From positions 2,282 to 66,281 of the IMG/VR virus record IMGVR_UViG_3300009093_000008: 64,000 bases of DNA. One strand, written 5' to 3'. Every line of letters begins with the position of its first letter. Position 1 is the stretch's first letter. A program made the translations under genes and the position numbers. The stretch comes from a virus. The notes beneath the pieces are model-generated. The model saw only the letters and a program-made list of their open reading frames with translations. It ran no database searches and was not told where the DNA came from. Positions 54,763 through 63,664 of the stretch are shown piece after piece.

Positions 54763-54922
54763 CCTCAGTCTCCTTCTGCACGTCGGGATTGGCCCACTGC
54801 CACGCCTTGATGGCGCAGCGGCGCGTACCGCGCGGGTTCTTCATGGTGGACTTCAGGCTGTCCCGCTGGATCTGCTTCTCGGCGTTGATCCAGAACGAGA
54901 GGTGCTCCGGGGAGAGGTTCAT
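54740..54922 (-). CDS. hypothetical protein (tandem paralogue B)
   Basis: LSFWINAEKQIQR...RRCAIKAWQWANP. Confidence 0.6.
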   Translation of the reverse strand: MNLSPEHLSFWINAEKQIQRDSLKSTMKNPRGTRRCAIKAWQWANPDVQKETEDAGQAGM

Positions 54923-55104
54923 CGCTTGCCTCCTATGCGGGTGGGGTTGGCGAAGATCCATGCTCTCACGGCGCAGCGGCGGCGATGCATGATGGACGCT
55001 GCGGTGAGCGGGGGTTCAGCGTGGTGGTCGAGGAGACGTTCCCGTTGGATCTGGCGTTCAGCGTTGAGCCAGAACGACAAGAAACCCGGGTCTTGCTCGG
55101 GCAT
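54919..55104 (-). CDS. hypothetical protein (tandem paralogue A)
   Basis: LSFWLNAERQIQR...RRCAVRAWIFANP. Confidence 0.6.
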   Translation of the reverse strand: MPEQDPGFLSFWLNAERQIQRERLLDHHAEPPLTAASIMHRRRCAVRAWIFANPTRIGGKR

Positions 55105-55246
55105 TAGTTCTCCACCTTACGGATGCGTACGACGAGCTTCCGGATCAGCCGCAGCGGATGCCGCCGGACGCACCGCCAGCAACCCGAGATAGGGCCCCAG
55201 TTGTCACAGTAGCGGCAGCCGGTTGCGTAAGCCCGCATGGTGTCTT

Positions 55247-55864
55247 TCATGATTCCTTCGCGTACTTCAGGATTGCGGTGAGGGTGTCCAGGTTGATGGA
55301 CGCCCAGCCGTCACGCCCATTGATCGAGAGGTACAGAGACGTGTTCAGGTCGGCGGCAGGATCCACCAGCTCTGCCATGTCCATCTCGGCTTCTTCCTTC
55401 TGCTTCTCCCACGCCCAGAGCTGCGCCGAGCGTTCCTCGCGCTGTATCGCCCGCTCTGCCCTCTCCGCGTCCGCTTTGGCCTTGACCTCATCCCACGGGC
55501 CGACGAGGTGGCGGTTGTTCACGAGTTCCAGGCGTGCACCTTCGGGTTGCAGGTCGTTCACGTACAGGCCCTCTTCGTCGATCATCTTGTCGAGGGCGCC
55601 GAACTCCATCTCGTCGTAGTACTTCTGTGCCTTCTCCGGGTCATGGAACAGCATCACCGGGTAGCCGTAGGTCGTTGAGTTGAAGCCCCGGTTCTGTCGC
55701 GGCTTGCAGCTGGCGTCCTGGCGCCGCAGCTTTATGCCGCCGCCGTAGGGGAAGTGGCGGGAGTAGCAGACGGTCGCCATGAGCACGACCGGTTGCGGGG
55801 TGCCGTAGCTGCTGCTCTGGTAGGCAAGCACACCCTTGCTGGTTTCGAGCTGTTTCTTGTTCAT
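55247..55864 (-). CDS. hypothetical protein
   Basis: 205 aa with phage-like codon usage and GAGGA RBS. Confidence 0.65.
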   Translation of the reverse strand: MNKKQLETSKGVLAYQSSSYGTPQPVVLMATVCYSRHFPYGGGIKLRRQDASCKPRQNRGFNSTTYGYPVMLFHDPEKAQKYYDEMEFGALDKMIDEEGLYVNDLQPEGARLELVNNRHLVGPWDEVKAKADAERAERAIQREERSAQLWAWEKQKEEAEMDMAELVDPAADLNTSLYLSINGRDGWASINLDTLTAILKYAKES

Positions 55865-55896
55865 GAATCATCCTCAGGTTTCATGCCGATGGGGTT

Positions 55897-56325
55897 TCAC
55901 TTCTTAAGCGCAACATACACGATGACTAGACCGCTGATCAACCCCATGAATTGGACGAGGTACACCCAAGATGCGGACTTTCCTGTGTTCTGGCCGGTCG
56001 TTTTGGCTGCGCCGTCTTTCAGTTCGTCGATCTTGTCGGACAACACATTGAGCCGTGCTTCGGCCTCACCGCGTGGCATGAACGTTGCCGCTTGATCGGA
56101 CAGCTGGGCCCGGAACTCGTTGACGGACTCGAACCGGCGCTCTGCGGCAAGCTCGGCCTTGGCTACGGCCTTCTCCGCTGCGGCGAGCGCTGCGGCTACG
56201 GCTTCCTGCTGGGCCCGGAGTGCGGCATCGACGGCCTTAGTCTGGGCGTCGTAGCGCTGCTGGTCGCGGAGATCTTTCTCCCGCAGTAGGGCGGTGAGGT
56301 ATTTCTTAAGCGGGATGTGGGACAT
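55897..56325 (-). CDS. coiled-coil protein with C-terminal membrane anchor
   Basis: AEKAVAKAE.A.ERRFESVNEFRAQL.DQ..TFMPR.E motif and a C-terminal TM. Confidence 0.75.
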   Translation of the reverse strand: MSHIPLKKYLTALLREKDLRDQQRYDAQTKAVDAALRAQQEAVAAALAAAEKAVAKAELAAERRFESVNEFRAQLSDQAATFMPRGEAEARLNVLSDKIDELKDGAAKTTGQNTGKSASWVYLVQFMGLISGLVIVYVALKK

Positions 56326-56467
56326 TGACCTCCCTGGTCAGCTCGGAACGCCCCAAGTCGATGGCCACGACCTGAGGCGTCCTGTTCGGCTTCGGATCCG
56401 AACGTTCCCAGCCTATCGCCGGGTTGACGGATAGGCAAGCGGCTGAAGAACCTCAAGACCAGGTCAA
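56325..56467 (-). ncRNA. candidate structured cis-regulatory leader RNA
   Basis: Three hairpins (one 15-bp with three G-U pairs in minus orientation) enclosed by a helix that covers the RBS of 55897-56325. Confidence 0.55.
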
Positions 56468-56520
56468 GACCATGATCACGCACCCTTCTTGGGGCGGATG
56501 ATCATGAGGATTAAGGAAAT

Positions 56521-56550
56521 TTGACGACCGTCAACCCCCCGGCTTAGAGT
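56521..56550 (+). promoter_or_regulatory. SigA/HrdB-type promoter
   Basis: TTGACG (56521-56526), 18-nt spacer, TAGAGT (56545-56550) upstream of an isolated plus-strand gene. Confidence 0.6.
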
Positions 56551-56611
56551 CGAAGCATCTCCTCCGGACCACGCGGGAGAACACAACACCAAAGAAGGAA
56601 CACCACCACTC

Positions 56612-56932
56612 ATGGCCAACGGCACCCCCGACAAGGTTTTCACCATCGTTCTGAACTTCGAGCTGGGACAGCACAAGACTTCCCGCAGCAGGCTGCGCGC
56701 CGCGTACGACGAGGCGGTTCAGTCGGCTGTCGAAGCGGTAGAGGCGGAGCTGCTGCCTGGCAGCATCGTGGAAGCTAAATCCACCATGGCGTACGACTAC
56801 CGGTTCATGGCTCGCACCGAGAGCCTGACCCAATACGTCGAGCAGGCCAACGCTGACGGCGGATCCGAGGAACGCAAGAGCAACGGGACCAGCTGGACCG
56901 AAGACGACGACGACTACGACGTGCGACCGTAG
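56612..56932 (+). CDS. hypothetical acidic protein, monocistronic
   Basis: 106 aa with own promoter, AGAAGGA RBS and terminator; strong GC3 bias. Confidence 0.75.
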   Translation: MANGTPDKVFTIVLNFELGQHKTSRSRLRAAYDEAVQSAVEAVEAELLPGSIVEAKSTMAYDYRFMARTESLTQYVEQANADGGSEERKSNGTSWTEDDDDYDVRP

Positions 56933-56947
56933 TCCGTCGAGCATGCA

Positions 56948-56983
56948 GAAAGCGGGACCCGTTCCAAGGGGTCCCGCTTTCCT
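56948..56983. terminator. bidirectional intrinsic terminator
   Basis: GAAAGCGGGACCC-gttccaag-GGGTCCCGCTTTC between convergent genes. Confidence 0.8.
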
Positions 56984-57074
56984 TACTTCTCCGTCCCGAG
57001 AAGCGTCAGGCCCATGTGGACCTGGCGGTCAGCCTACCACAGGCCAACGCGGGGGCCAGAGCACATCCTCATCG

Positions 57075-57929
57075 TCAGTCCGGGCTGTCATCGCTGAACC
57101 CCTCATCGACGAGGCGACGCATCCTCACCGGGTCGTGCAGCGCGGCCCGGTACTTCATGGCGAGGTCGTTGTTCTGACCGGCCGTGCCGCCCTTCCAGAA
57201 CCGCGTCACGTGGGTGTTCCCGCCGAAGCGCGGGTGCCACAGGTGATACACCGGGTTGTCGGTGGTGCGGTGTCGGCAGTACAGGGTGTCGAGGGCCCAC
57301 AGGAACGACACATCCTCACTGCCCCAGGAACGGAACCGAGGATCCATGCCACGCACCAGCTCGAACGCTCTACGCGGCATGATCGTGATCAGCGCGCCCC
57401 AGTGGTGGCCGGATGAGGTTCCGGTCCACACGTCCAGCTCCCACGACGGGGGCGGGTCTTCTAGGTGCACACGCCTGCGCGGGTTGCTCTCCAGCAGTTC
57501 CTCGGAGAACTCGGCACTGAGCCGGTAGAACCTGCGATAGGGCACATACCAGCGTCGGTGTCCTCGGCGCTCGGCGTCGCGGATGTTCTGCGCACACTCC
57601 ACGATCACGTCAGGATCGATCAGGCAGTCCGAGTCCATGATCACGAACACTTCGCCGGTCGCACGGCGGCAGCCGTCGTTGACCGCCATCGACTTCGAGA
57701 ACGGGTCGAACCCGTCGTCGGTGCCCATGACGATCTCGATGCCCGGGAGGTGGTGCGTGTAGTACTCCCGCAGCCATTCCCACGTGCGCTCGCGAATGTC
57801 GTTGTCCGGCCGGAACGGTACGACAACCGAGATACCATGCCCGCGCTGATGTCGCTTGCCCGGTCGGGTCTTCATGAGGTTGAGGCGACGCATCCACTCG
57901 AATGCGGCATCCCAAGGCTGTCGCACCAT
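57075..57929 (-). CDS. glycosyltransferase (GT2 / galactosyltransferase-like)
   Basis: ISVVVPFR, FSKSMAVN.G, DSD (DxD), GMDPRFRSWGSED, HLWH. Confidence 0.9.
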   Translation of the reverse strand: MVRQPWDAAFEWMRRLNLMKTRPGKRHQRGHGISVVVPFRPDNDIRERTWEWLREYYTHHLPGIEIVMGTDDGFDPFSKSMAVNDGCRRATGEVFVIMDSDCLIDPDVIVECAQNIRDAERRGHRRWYVPYRRFYRLSAEFSEELLESNPRRRVHLEDPPPSWELDVWTGTSSGHHWGALITIMPRRAFELVRGMDPRFRSWGSEDVSFLWALDTLYCRHRTTDNPVYHLWHPRFGGNTHVTRFWKGGTAGQNNDLAMKYRAALHDPVRMRRLVDEGFSDDSPD

Positions 57930-57932
57930 GGA

Positions 57933-58124
57933 TTACCTCTCGACCTTGCCGAACTCGGCTTCGAGCGCGGTGATGATGTCCTGAAGCTCAGCGACTAGCG
58001 CGGAGTTCTGGGACGCGCCGGTCACGAACGCATTCGCGTCGGCCTCGTTCTGGAAAGACGCAACCCATCTGCCATCCTTCAACACGTTGAAAGACGGGTG
58101 AGCCACCACTGTGTAGTCAGCCAC
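57933..58124 (-). CDS. hypothetical protein
   Basis: 63 aa with GGAGG RBS between the two glyco genes. Confidence 0.6.
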   Translation of the reverse strand: MADYTVVAHPSFNVLKDGRWVASFQNEADANAFVTGASQNSALVAELQDIITALEAEFGKVER

Positions 58125-58127
58125 TGG

Positions 58128-58886
58128 TTAACCTCCGGTTCGATCTCGGACCGACTTGCCGAACACCTCGAAGGCGTCGGCGAGCTGGTCTCGTATGTCG
58201 TTAATCTTATCGCGGTTCGCCAGCTGGAACTTCCCCACCTCGATGGGCATATCGATAGCGGCCGAATAGTCTTGCCATTTGAAACGGCCGCCCTCGTTCG
58301 GGTTGTCGAGGGTAGTGCTGTGAATCACGCGGCGGGGAATGCCGAAAGCGTCGGCCAAGATAGTCCCGTGCAGAGACGAGGTAACCACCCGGCGAGACTC
58401 CGCTATCGTCTGCGCCACCCACAGCGGATCCCGCCACGGATGGACCACGATCGAGTCGGGACCGGCGACGAACTCGCGCATCGTCTCCAGCTTGTGGTCA
58501 GTCAGGTGCGGAACGATCGCGGTACGCCAAACCTTCGTGGTGGGTGTGACGAGTTCTGGCGCGAGTAGGCCCGGGTCGCCTATGGCGTGTCCACCCTTGT
58601 AGCCCGGGGCCGTCAGCGGGCCGCGTAGCGCCAGCACGGTGGCATTCTGAAGTTGCGGGGTGAACGTGGGGTACAGGTTTCCGCATCCGAGTACCGTACC
58701 GGCGAAGTCCGGGGGTAGGTGATGCAGGATCGAGCCGATCACCGCCACGTCCGCGTCCTCCGGAGTAGAGAGGGCGCAATCGACGTTCGCGAAACGGTTC
58801 AACAGGTACGGGGCGAGCAGGTCGCCGAAGTTCTTCTTCTTCGTCCAGTAGTAGGCCTTGACTACAGGTCGCGGGCGTCGGCGCAT
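58128..58886 (-). CDS. polysaccharide pyruvyl transferase (ExoV-like)
   Basis: NFGDLL, IGSIL, ALRGPLT, GDPGLL, IVPH, TSSLHGTILADAFGIP, FKWQDY. Confidence 0.9.
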   Translation of the reverse strand: MRRRPRPVVKAYYWTKKKNFGDLLAPYLLNRFANVDCALSTPEDADVAVIGSILHHLPPDFAGTVLGCGNLYPTFTPQLQNATVLALRGPLTAPGYKGGHAIGDPGLLAPELVTPTTKVWRTAIVPHLTDHKLETMREFVAGPDSIVVHPWRDPLWVAQTIAESRRVVTSSLHGTILADAFGIPRRVIHSTTLDNPNEGGRFKWQDYSAAIDMPIEVGKFQLANRDKINDIRDQLADAFEVFGKSVRDRTGG

Positions 58887-59166
58887 GCAGCTCTCTTCAA
58901 GATGAAAGGCGGAAGTGTCCTTCCAGTGTATCTATTTGGAGCGGTGGCACCTAGCGACAAACCGGCCCCAACGCGCGGAACCCATAAGCCAAGCGAGCCC
59001 GCCGAAGATGATACGACACCACATTATGAGGCTCCCACCCCTGAGGGGCGATCAACAAAGAACGCCCAGCCATGCACGATCAGCTGTTGCGAAGCGAGCG
59101 CGGCGATCACTAGCACGATGAGTAGGGCGAACCCCACCATCCGGCGCAGCGCCACCTGTTGCCGGG

Positions 59167-59937
59167 TCAGTCCGAGGGCGGTTGCCGATCGAAGGCCAAA
59201 TGTCCTTTGAAGGCCAGTTCCCGTAAGAACGGCACGAAGCCCAGAGCGCACACGCCCAGGCAAGCGAGAGCTGCTGACCACCTTAGGAACCTGTCCTTCT
59301 TCTCTTTGTGGGCCTGGTCCCACCACCGCGACACGGCGGGGATTCGCAGGATAGCAAGTGGGAGGGTAGCCAGGATGTAGTCGCCGAAGAACCGCATCCT
59401 GAAGCCGAACAGCAGCAACAGGTGTATGGCGATAGACGCCCATACCACGTAGACGAGGCGGTGGACGATCCGCCAACGTTTGCCCAGCCACTTCAGCGCC
59501 CACTGGTTCGACGTCACCACCATCGGGAGCAGCAGCGCGAACGACAGCGACCCCAGAACCAGGAAGGTGTGGCCGAACAGCCGCGTCAGGAACCCGCCGG
59601 GGAACGTGTCAGACGTGGTGATAGCTGCCAGGGTGATATCGAGCGCGGCGATGGCGAACATAGCCCGTCCGGCGTCTCTGCGCAGGATCAGGTGCGTACG
59701 CCACCCGCCGGTGAGTGTCGCCAGCGGGGTGACCATGAGTAGGACGATGAACGCCGATACAGCGCCCGTCCCTCCCACGTCGGCCGTAGACGCCGAGAGG
59801 TCTTGGAAACTATGCGGCCAGCCCATTACGCCAGCCCAGATCTCCGGGGCCAGGAACACAAACGGGATCAGGAACAGCGCCCGGAACAGCCACACGAACC
59901 ATGGTTGACGTCCGGGTTTAGCGATAGCACCAGGCAA
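59167..59937 (-). CDS. ferric reductase-like transmembrane protein (MsrQ/YedZ-like)
   Basis: L.VTPL, RR..G, P..VTS......LG..W..VHRLVY......H; multi-TM. Confidence 0.8.
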   Translation of the reverse strand: MPGAIAKPGRQPWFVWLFRALFLIPFVFLAPEIWAGVMGWPHSFQDLSASTADVGGTGAVSAFIVLLMVTPLATLTGGWRTHLILRRDAGRAMFAIAALDITLAAITTSDTFPGGFLTRLFGHTFLVLGSLSFALLLPMVVTSNQWALKWLGKRWRIVHRLVYVVWASIAIHLLLLFGFRMRFFGDYILATLPLAILRIPAVSRWWDQAHKEKKDRFLRWSAALACLGVCALGFVPFLRELAFKGHLAFDRQPPSD

Positions 59938-59949
59938 CGCGGCTCTCTT

Positions 59950-60849
59950 TCAGAGGAAGGACTTCGTTAGCTCGACCACGGCGACGCCGTAGGCCGCGAG
60001 GAACCCCATGCCCATGGACCACTTCGCGAACCTTACCCCTTTGCGGGAGGGCGGCGCGGGTTCAGGATAGGCGGGGGCTTCGGGGATCTTGGATGCGGCG
60101 ATCCACTGATCCTTGATCCAGCTGGGCGCCTCCTGCTTCGGCGCGGGAGGCGGAACGGCGGCAGCCTCCTCAGCCACCAGCTGATCCAGGAGCGGCGTGT
60201 AGGTCGGCGGGGGCTCCGGGAAGACTTCACTCTCCAGAACCTTGTTCACCCATCGCTCGGCCTTGGCCGAATAGGTCATCTCCGGGATCATCCCGGGCTG
60301 CGGAGGAACCTCGGGTGTCTCAGCTACAGCCACAGCGCTTTCCACTGTCGCCACGCCGCCGTCAGCCTCTTCTCCTTTGACCGGCTCCGGCTCAACCGCC
60401 GGGACGTCCACGGGGGGATTCCAGCCAGCAAACGGAGGCAACGGCTCGGCGGTGGTGGGGGTGGTGATCTCGTCGAACCGCTCCCGAGCGGCTCGCAGGT
60501 GTCGTAGGGACTCTTCGCTGATCGCGTGTTCCGGCTCCGGCTTGGGCTCCGCCGCCGGTTCGGACAGCCGCTTCCGCAGCGCCACCAACTCCGGATCCGG
60601 CTCCGCGCCGTGGGAGTCGCTAGCGTCGCTTGAGACGTCGCCTACCGGGGGTTCCTCCGCCGCCTTCGGGCGCGAGGTGGGCTTGACCTCGAACGCCTTC
60701 AGCATCCGGTCGAGCGCGTCACGGGCCGCCCAGGCGGACGGGTAGCTGTCGATGTAGTACTGGGTGCCGTCCTCATGGGTGGAGTGGAGATCCCACTTGC
60801 CATCGGAGGTCACCATCGGGTCGTAATCGTACGAGATTCTGAAACGCAC
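59950..60849 (-). CDS. Pro/Glu-rich protein with C-terminal membrane anchor
   Basis: Low-complexity P/E/A linker and a hydrophobic C-terminus. Confidence 0.65.
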   Translation of the reverse strand: MRFRISYDYDPMVTSDGKWDLHSTHEDGTQYYIDSYPSAWAARDALDRMLKAFEVKPTSRPKAAEEPPVGDVSSDASDSHGAEPDPELVALRKRLSEPAAEPKPEPEHAISEESLRHLRAARERFDEITTPTTAEPLPPFAGWNPPVDVPAVEPEPVKGEEADGGVATVESAVAVAETPEVPPQPGMIPEMTYSAKAERWVNKVLESEVFPEPPPTYTPLLDQLVAEEAAAVPPPAPKQEAPSWIKDQWIAASKIPEAPAYPEPAPPSRKGVRFAKWSMGMGFLAAYGVAVVELTKSFL

Positions 60850-60948
60850 AGGTTCTCACTTCTTTTTGGTAGTGTGCCGCAACCAGGCGGCAGCTAGTGC
60901 CACGATCGTATACCAGGCGCCGAGGAACGTCCAGGTTTGCCAGGGCAT

Positions 60949-61152
60949 TCAGCGGCGGCGCTGTTTGAAGACGCGGTAGCCCGGGAACAGCATGGTGTTC
61001 GCTGCGGGATCGAGAGGCCAGAAGTCGCCGTCCGCCTCGATATGCATGACCTTGCCCTTATGGGTTTTCCAGAACAAGTAACCGCCCTCAACAGAGCAGT
61101 ACAGGTCCCCGTACGGCATCTCTTCGGCGCTGTTCACCACGCGCTTGCTCAT
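60949..61152 (-). CDS. hypothetical protein
   Basis: 67 aa directly after the protease gene. Confidence 0.55.
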   Translation of the reverse strand: MSKRVVNSAEEMPYGDLYCSVEGGYLFWKTHKGKVMHIEADGDFWPLDPAANTMLFPGYRVFKQRRR

Positions 61153-61153
61153 G

Positions 61154-61888
61154 TCACACCCCCGGAAGGTCGAGCTTCAGCGACGCGAGGTTCATCCCGC
61201 CCATGCCCTTGACGGCGGTCAGGTCGTTCTGCGGCAGGACGCACCACGCCTCGTCGCCGTAGACGTAGTACCAGTCCCACGCGACCTTTTGCACGCTGCC
61301 CCACGTCACCACGTACAGGTAGTTCGCGTCATAGCCCAGGGCGGGCACGGCGTGACCGCCGATGATCTTCTGAGTCTGCCAGCCCGTCACCAGAGACCAC
61401 GGCTGGCCGTGGTCGAACTGCGACATCGAGTTCTGCGGCAGCTGCATCCCGAGGAACGCGGCGCCGTAGAAGTTCACGGCCTGCTTCAGGTGCAGCTGGG
61501 ACGTCGGCTTCACCGGGGCATAGCCGAGGATGCGGTTGCCCCACAGGCCTGAGTGCATCCACGTGTTCAGGGTGTCGGACATCACGAGCCCGTTGTCCCT
61601 GCCGCCGGTGAGGGTGAAGTACTCCGACACCACCGCCTGCTCGGTAGGGACCGGGAGCTGCACGCCGGTCGTCGCGTCCCACGACTGGATCATGTGAGCG
61701 GCGGCAGCTGCCACACAGTCTCCGTACTGGTCGTTGCCGTCCATGGGCCAGGTCTTGACCAGCTGCTCGTGATGGACGGTGCTAGCCGGATACGGCAGGG
61801 CGCCCGAGTAGGTGCTGAAGTCGCGGAGACCTACCGGAAATCGGGGGGCGAGCTTACCGAACAGGCCACGCGTACGAACTTCCGACAT
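61154..61888 (-). CDS. papain-like cysteine peptidase
   Basis: GND.YGDCV.AA..H (catalytic Cys), GGHAV...GYD (His), VVTWG; TGATG-coupled start. Confidence 0.8.
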   Translation of the reverse strand: MSEVRTRGLFGKLAPRFPVGLRDFSTYSGALPYPASTVHHEQLVKTWPMDGNDQYGDCVAAAAAHMIQSWDATTGVQLPVPTEQAVVSEYFTLTGGRDNGLVMSDTLNTWMHSGLWGNRILGYAPVKPTSQLHLKQAVNFYGAAFLGMQLPQNSMSQFDHGQPWSLVTGWQTQKIIGGHAVPALGYDANYLYVVTWGSVQKVAWDWYYVYGDEAWCVLPQNDLTAVKGMGGMNLASLKLDLPGV

Positions 61889-62235
61889 CACATCTCCACT
61901 CGGTTGTGCGTCGATAGCCATGCGTCACCGACACGGAAGGCGGCTCCGATCGCTGTGGTGCCGTCGCCCTTGAGGTATAGGCGCGTCGCCCACCGGTCGG
62001 TGCCCTGAGGGTCCCGCTTGCCGTACTGATCGCACAAGTCCACCCAGAACAGCGCCCCGGTTTTCGGGCACTTGTACCAGCCCGGTTCGAACGGAGGCTT
62101 GATCTCGGTCACGGTGGCGTCGTGCGGGAAGCTGTGAATGTATTTCCCGCCGACAACCTGTATGTACGGACGCGAACAACCGTCGCCGGTCCGCAGCGTA
62201 CCCTCGATTTCGTACTCGACCTTGTATCGGGTCAT
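61888..62235 (-). CDS. hypothetical protein (paralogue of 1711-2073)
   Basis: MTRYKVEYEIEG...P.DA.V.EI.PPFEPGWY. Confidence 0.6.
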   Translation of the reverse strand: MTRYKVEYEIEGTLRTGDGCSRPYIQVVGGKYIHSFPHDATVTEIKPPFEPGWYKCPKTGALFWVDLCDQYGKRDPQGTDRWATRLYLKGDGTTAIGAAFRVGDAWLSTHNRVEM

Positions 62236-62656
62236 ACGAACTTCACCGCCAGCATCAGAAGTAGAACCATGAACGTCACCGCGAAGGCCAGGCCCACCAC
62301 GCAAATGATGACAGCGAAGATCTTAGCGAGCTGTTCCATCACGACACCACCCCGGCGAGCAGCAGGCAAGGTCCGAGCACCGCGTACACGTCGTCACTCA
62401 TGACACCACCTGTATGAGCAGCCCGGTCACCATGGCAGCCAAAGCCAGCCGGAACATGGTGCGGGGGATGGCCTTATGCCACGAGGTCTGATGCATCAGT
62501 CGTCCGTCCCGTCCTTGGTGAAGACGAACCCGACGAAGACGAGCCAGAACAGGATGTCTACGAACAGGCCGCCCTTAAGCTCGACGAGCACGAGCAATGT
62601 AGAGACCATGATCAGCTGCCGGGTGCGGTCATGCTTGGACAGTTCAGGAAGCTTCA

Positions 62657-62869
62657 TCAGTCCTCCACGCGGAGGATCGACACGACCATAGCCTGCGGGA
62701 ACAGCGCGACCGGGGCGTGATCGGACCCCTTGAACTCGATGTTGCCGTGGTCCGTCTCCTTGAAGTACGCGGCATCGAACACGAACGAATCGGTACCGTG
62801 CAGCACCGACACCTCGAACGTGTGATTGGACAGGTTGTCGGCGTGTTCACGGGGACTAGCCACGGTCAC
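62657..62869 (-). CDS. hypothetical protein
   Basis: 70 aa overlapping neighbours. Confidence 0.55.
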   Translation of the reverse strand: MTVASPREHADNLSNHTFEVSVLHGTDSFVFDAAYFKETDHGNIEFKGSDHAPVALFPQAMVVSILRVED

Positions 62870-63302
62870 TCCTCAGGTCGGGGAAGGAAAGGGAGGAGCG
62901 GCCGAGCGAGTAGGTGGTGACGCCGGTTACCGGGTCGGTCCAACTCGTCATCTGCTCCGGCGGAAGCTCGCCCGTGTCGGCGAGGTGCTTCAACTTCCGC
63001 AGCGCTTCGTCCTCGTCCAGTTCGTAGAACAGGTTCCGAGCTTCGACGTCGGACAGGCCGAGAAGGCGCTGAGCAGCGTCCGGGATGATATCGCCGCTCT
63101 CGGCGAGGACGTCGGCGTGGTTTTCCGGGAGGATCGTGTAGCCCTCCCACTCGAACTCCAGCCCTTCCAGGTGGCACGTCCACCCCGCGATGCACATCAC
63201 GGTGCCGCACGAGGTCTTCCGTGCCCAGTTGTTCTGGTCGTGTAGCTCCGGGTGTTCCAGGATCGCGTCCAGAACAGCCTTCACCTTCTCTTGGTTCGCC
63301 AT
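62856..63302 (-). CDS. hypothetical protein (tandem paralogue B)
   Basis: HPELHDQ..W....CGTVMCIAGWTC. Confidence 0.75.
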   Translation of the reverse strand: MANQEKVKAVLDAILEHPELHDQNNWARKTSCGTVMCIAGWTCHLEGLEFEWEGYTILPENHADVLAESGDIIPDAAQRLLGLSDVEARNLFYELDEDEALRKLKHLADTGELPPEQMTSWTDPVTGVTTYSLGRSSLSFPDLRSDRG

Positions 63303-63304
63303 GT

Positions 63305-63664
63305 TCAGTCCTCTTCAGTATCGTAGTGGTAGGTGAAGGAGGGGAGTTCGCCAGTGTCCGCGAAGTGCTTCAACCTGCGCAGCGCCTCGTCGTTGTCGAA
63401 GCAGAAGAACAGTTCCGGCCGGTCGTCTTCAGAGATCCCGAGCAGCTGACCCGCCAGACGCGGGGTGCTGAAGTTGGGGAGACCCCAGGCGTCTTCATCC
63501 ACAAACCGCTGCCACTCCTCTTGCCCAGCCAGTATGCACGTCCAACCCGCGATACAGGCGACGGTGCCACACTCGGCTTTGATGCCCCAGGTGGACTGGT
63601 CGTGTTCCTCGGGGTGAGCGAGGATGTGATCCAGCACCTTCTTCGCGAGTTCCTGATTAGCCAT
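63305..63664 (-). CDS. hypothetical protein (tandem paralogue A)
   Basis: HPEEHDQ..W....CGTVACIAGWTC; GAAGGAG RBS. Confidence 0.75.
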   Translation of the reverse strand: MANQELAKKVLDHILAHPEEHDQSTWGIKAECGTVACIAGWTCILAGQEEWQRFVDEDAWGLPNFSTPRLAGQLLGISEDDRPELFFCFDNDEALRRLKHFADTGELPSFTYHYDTEED

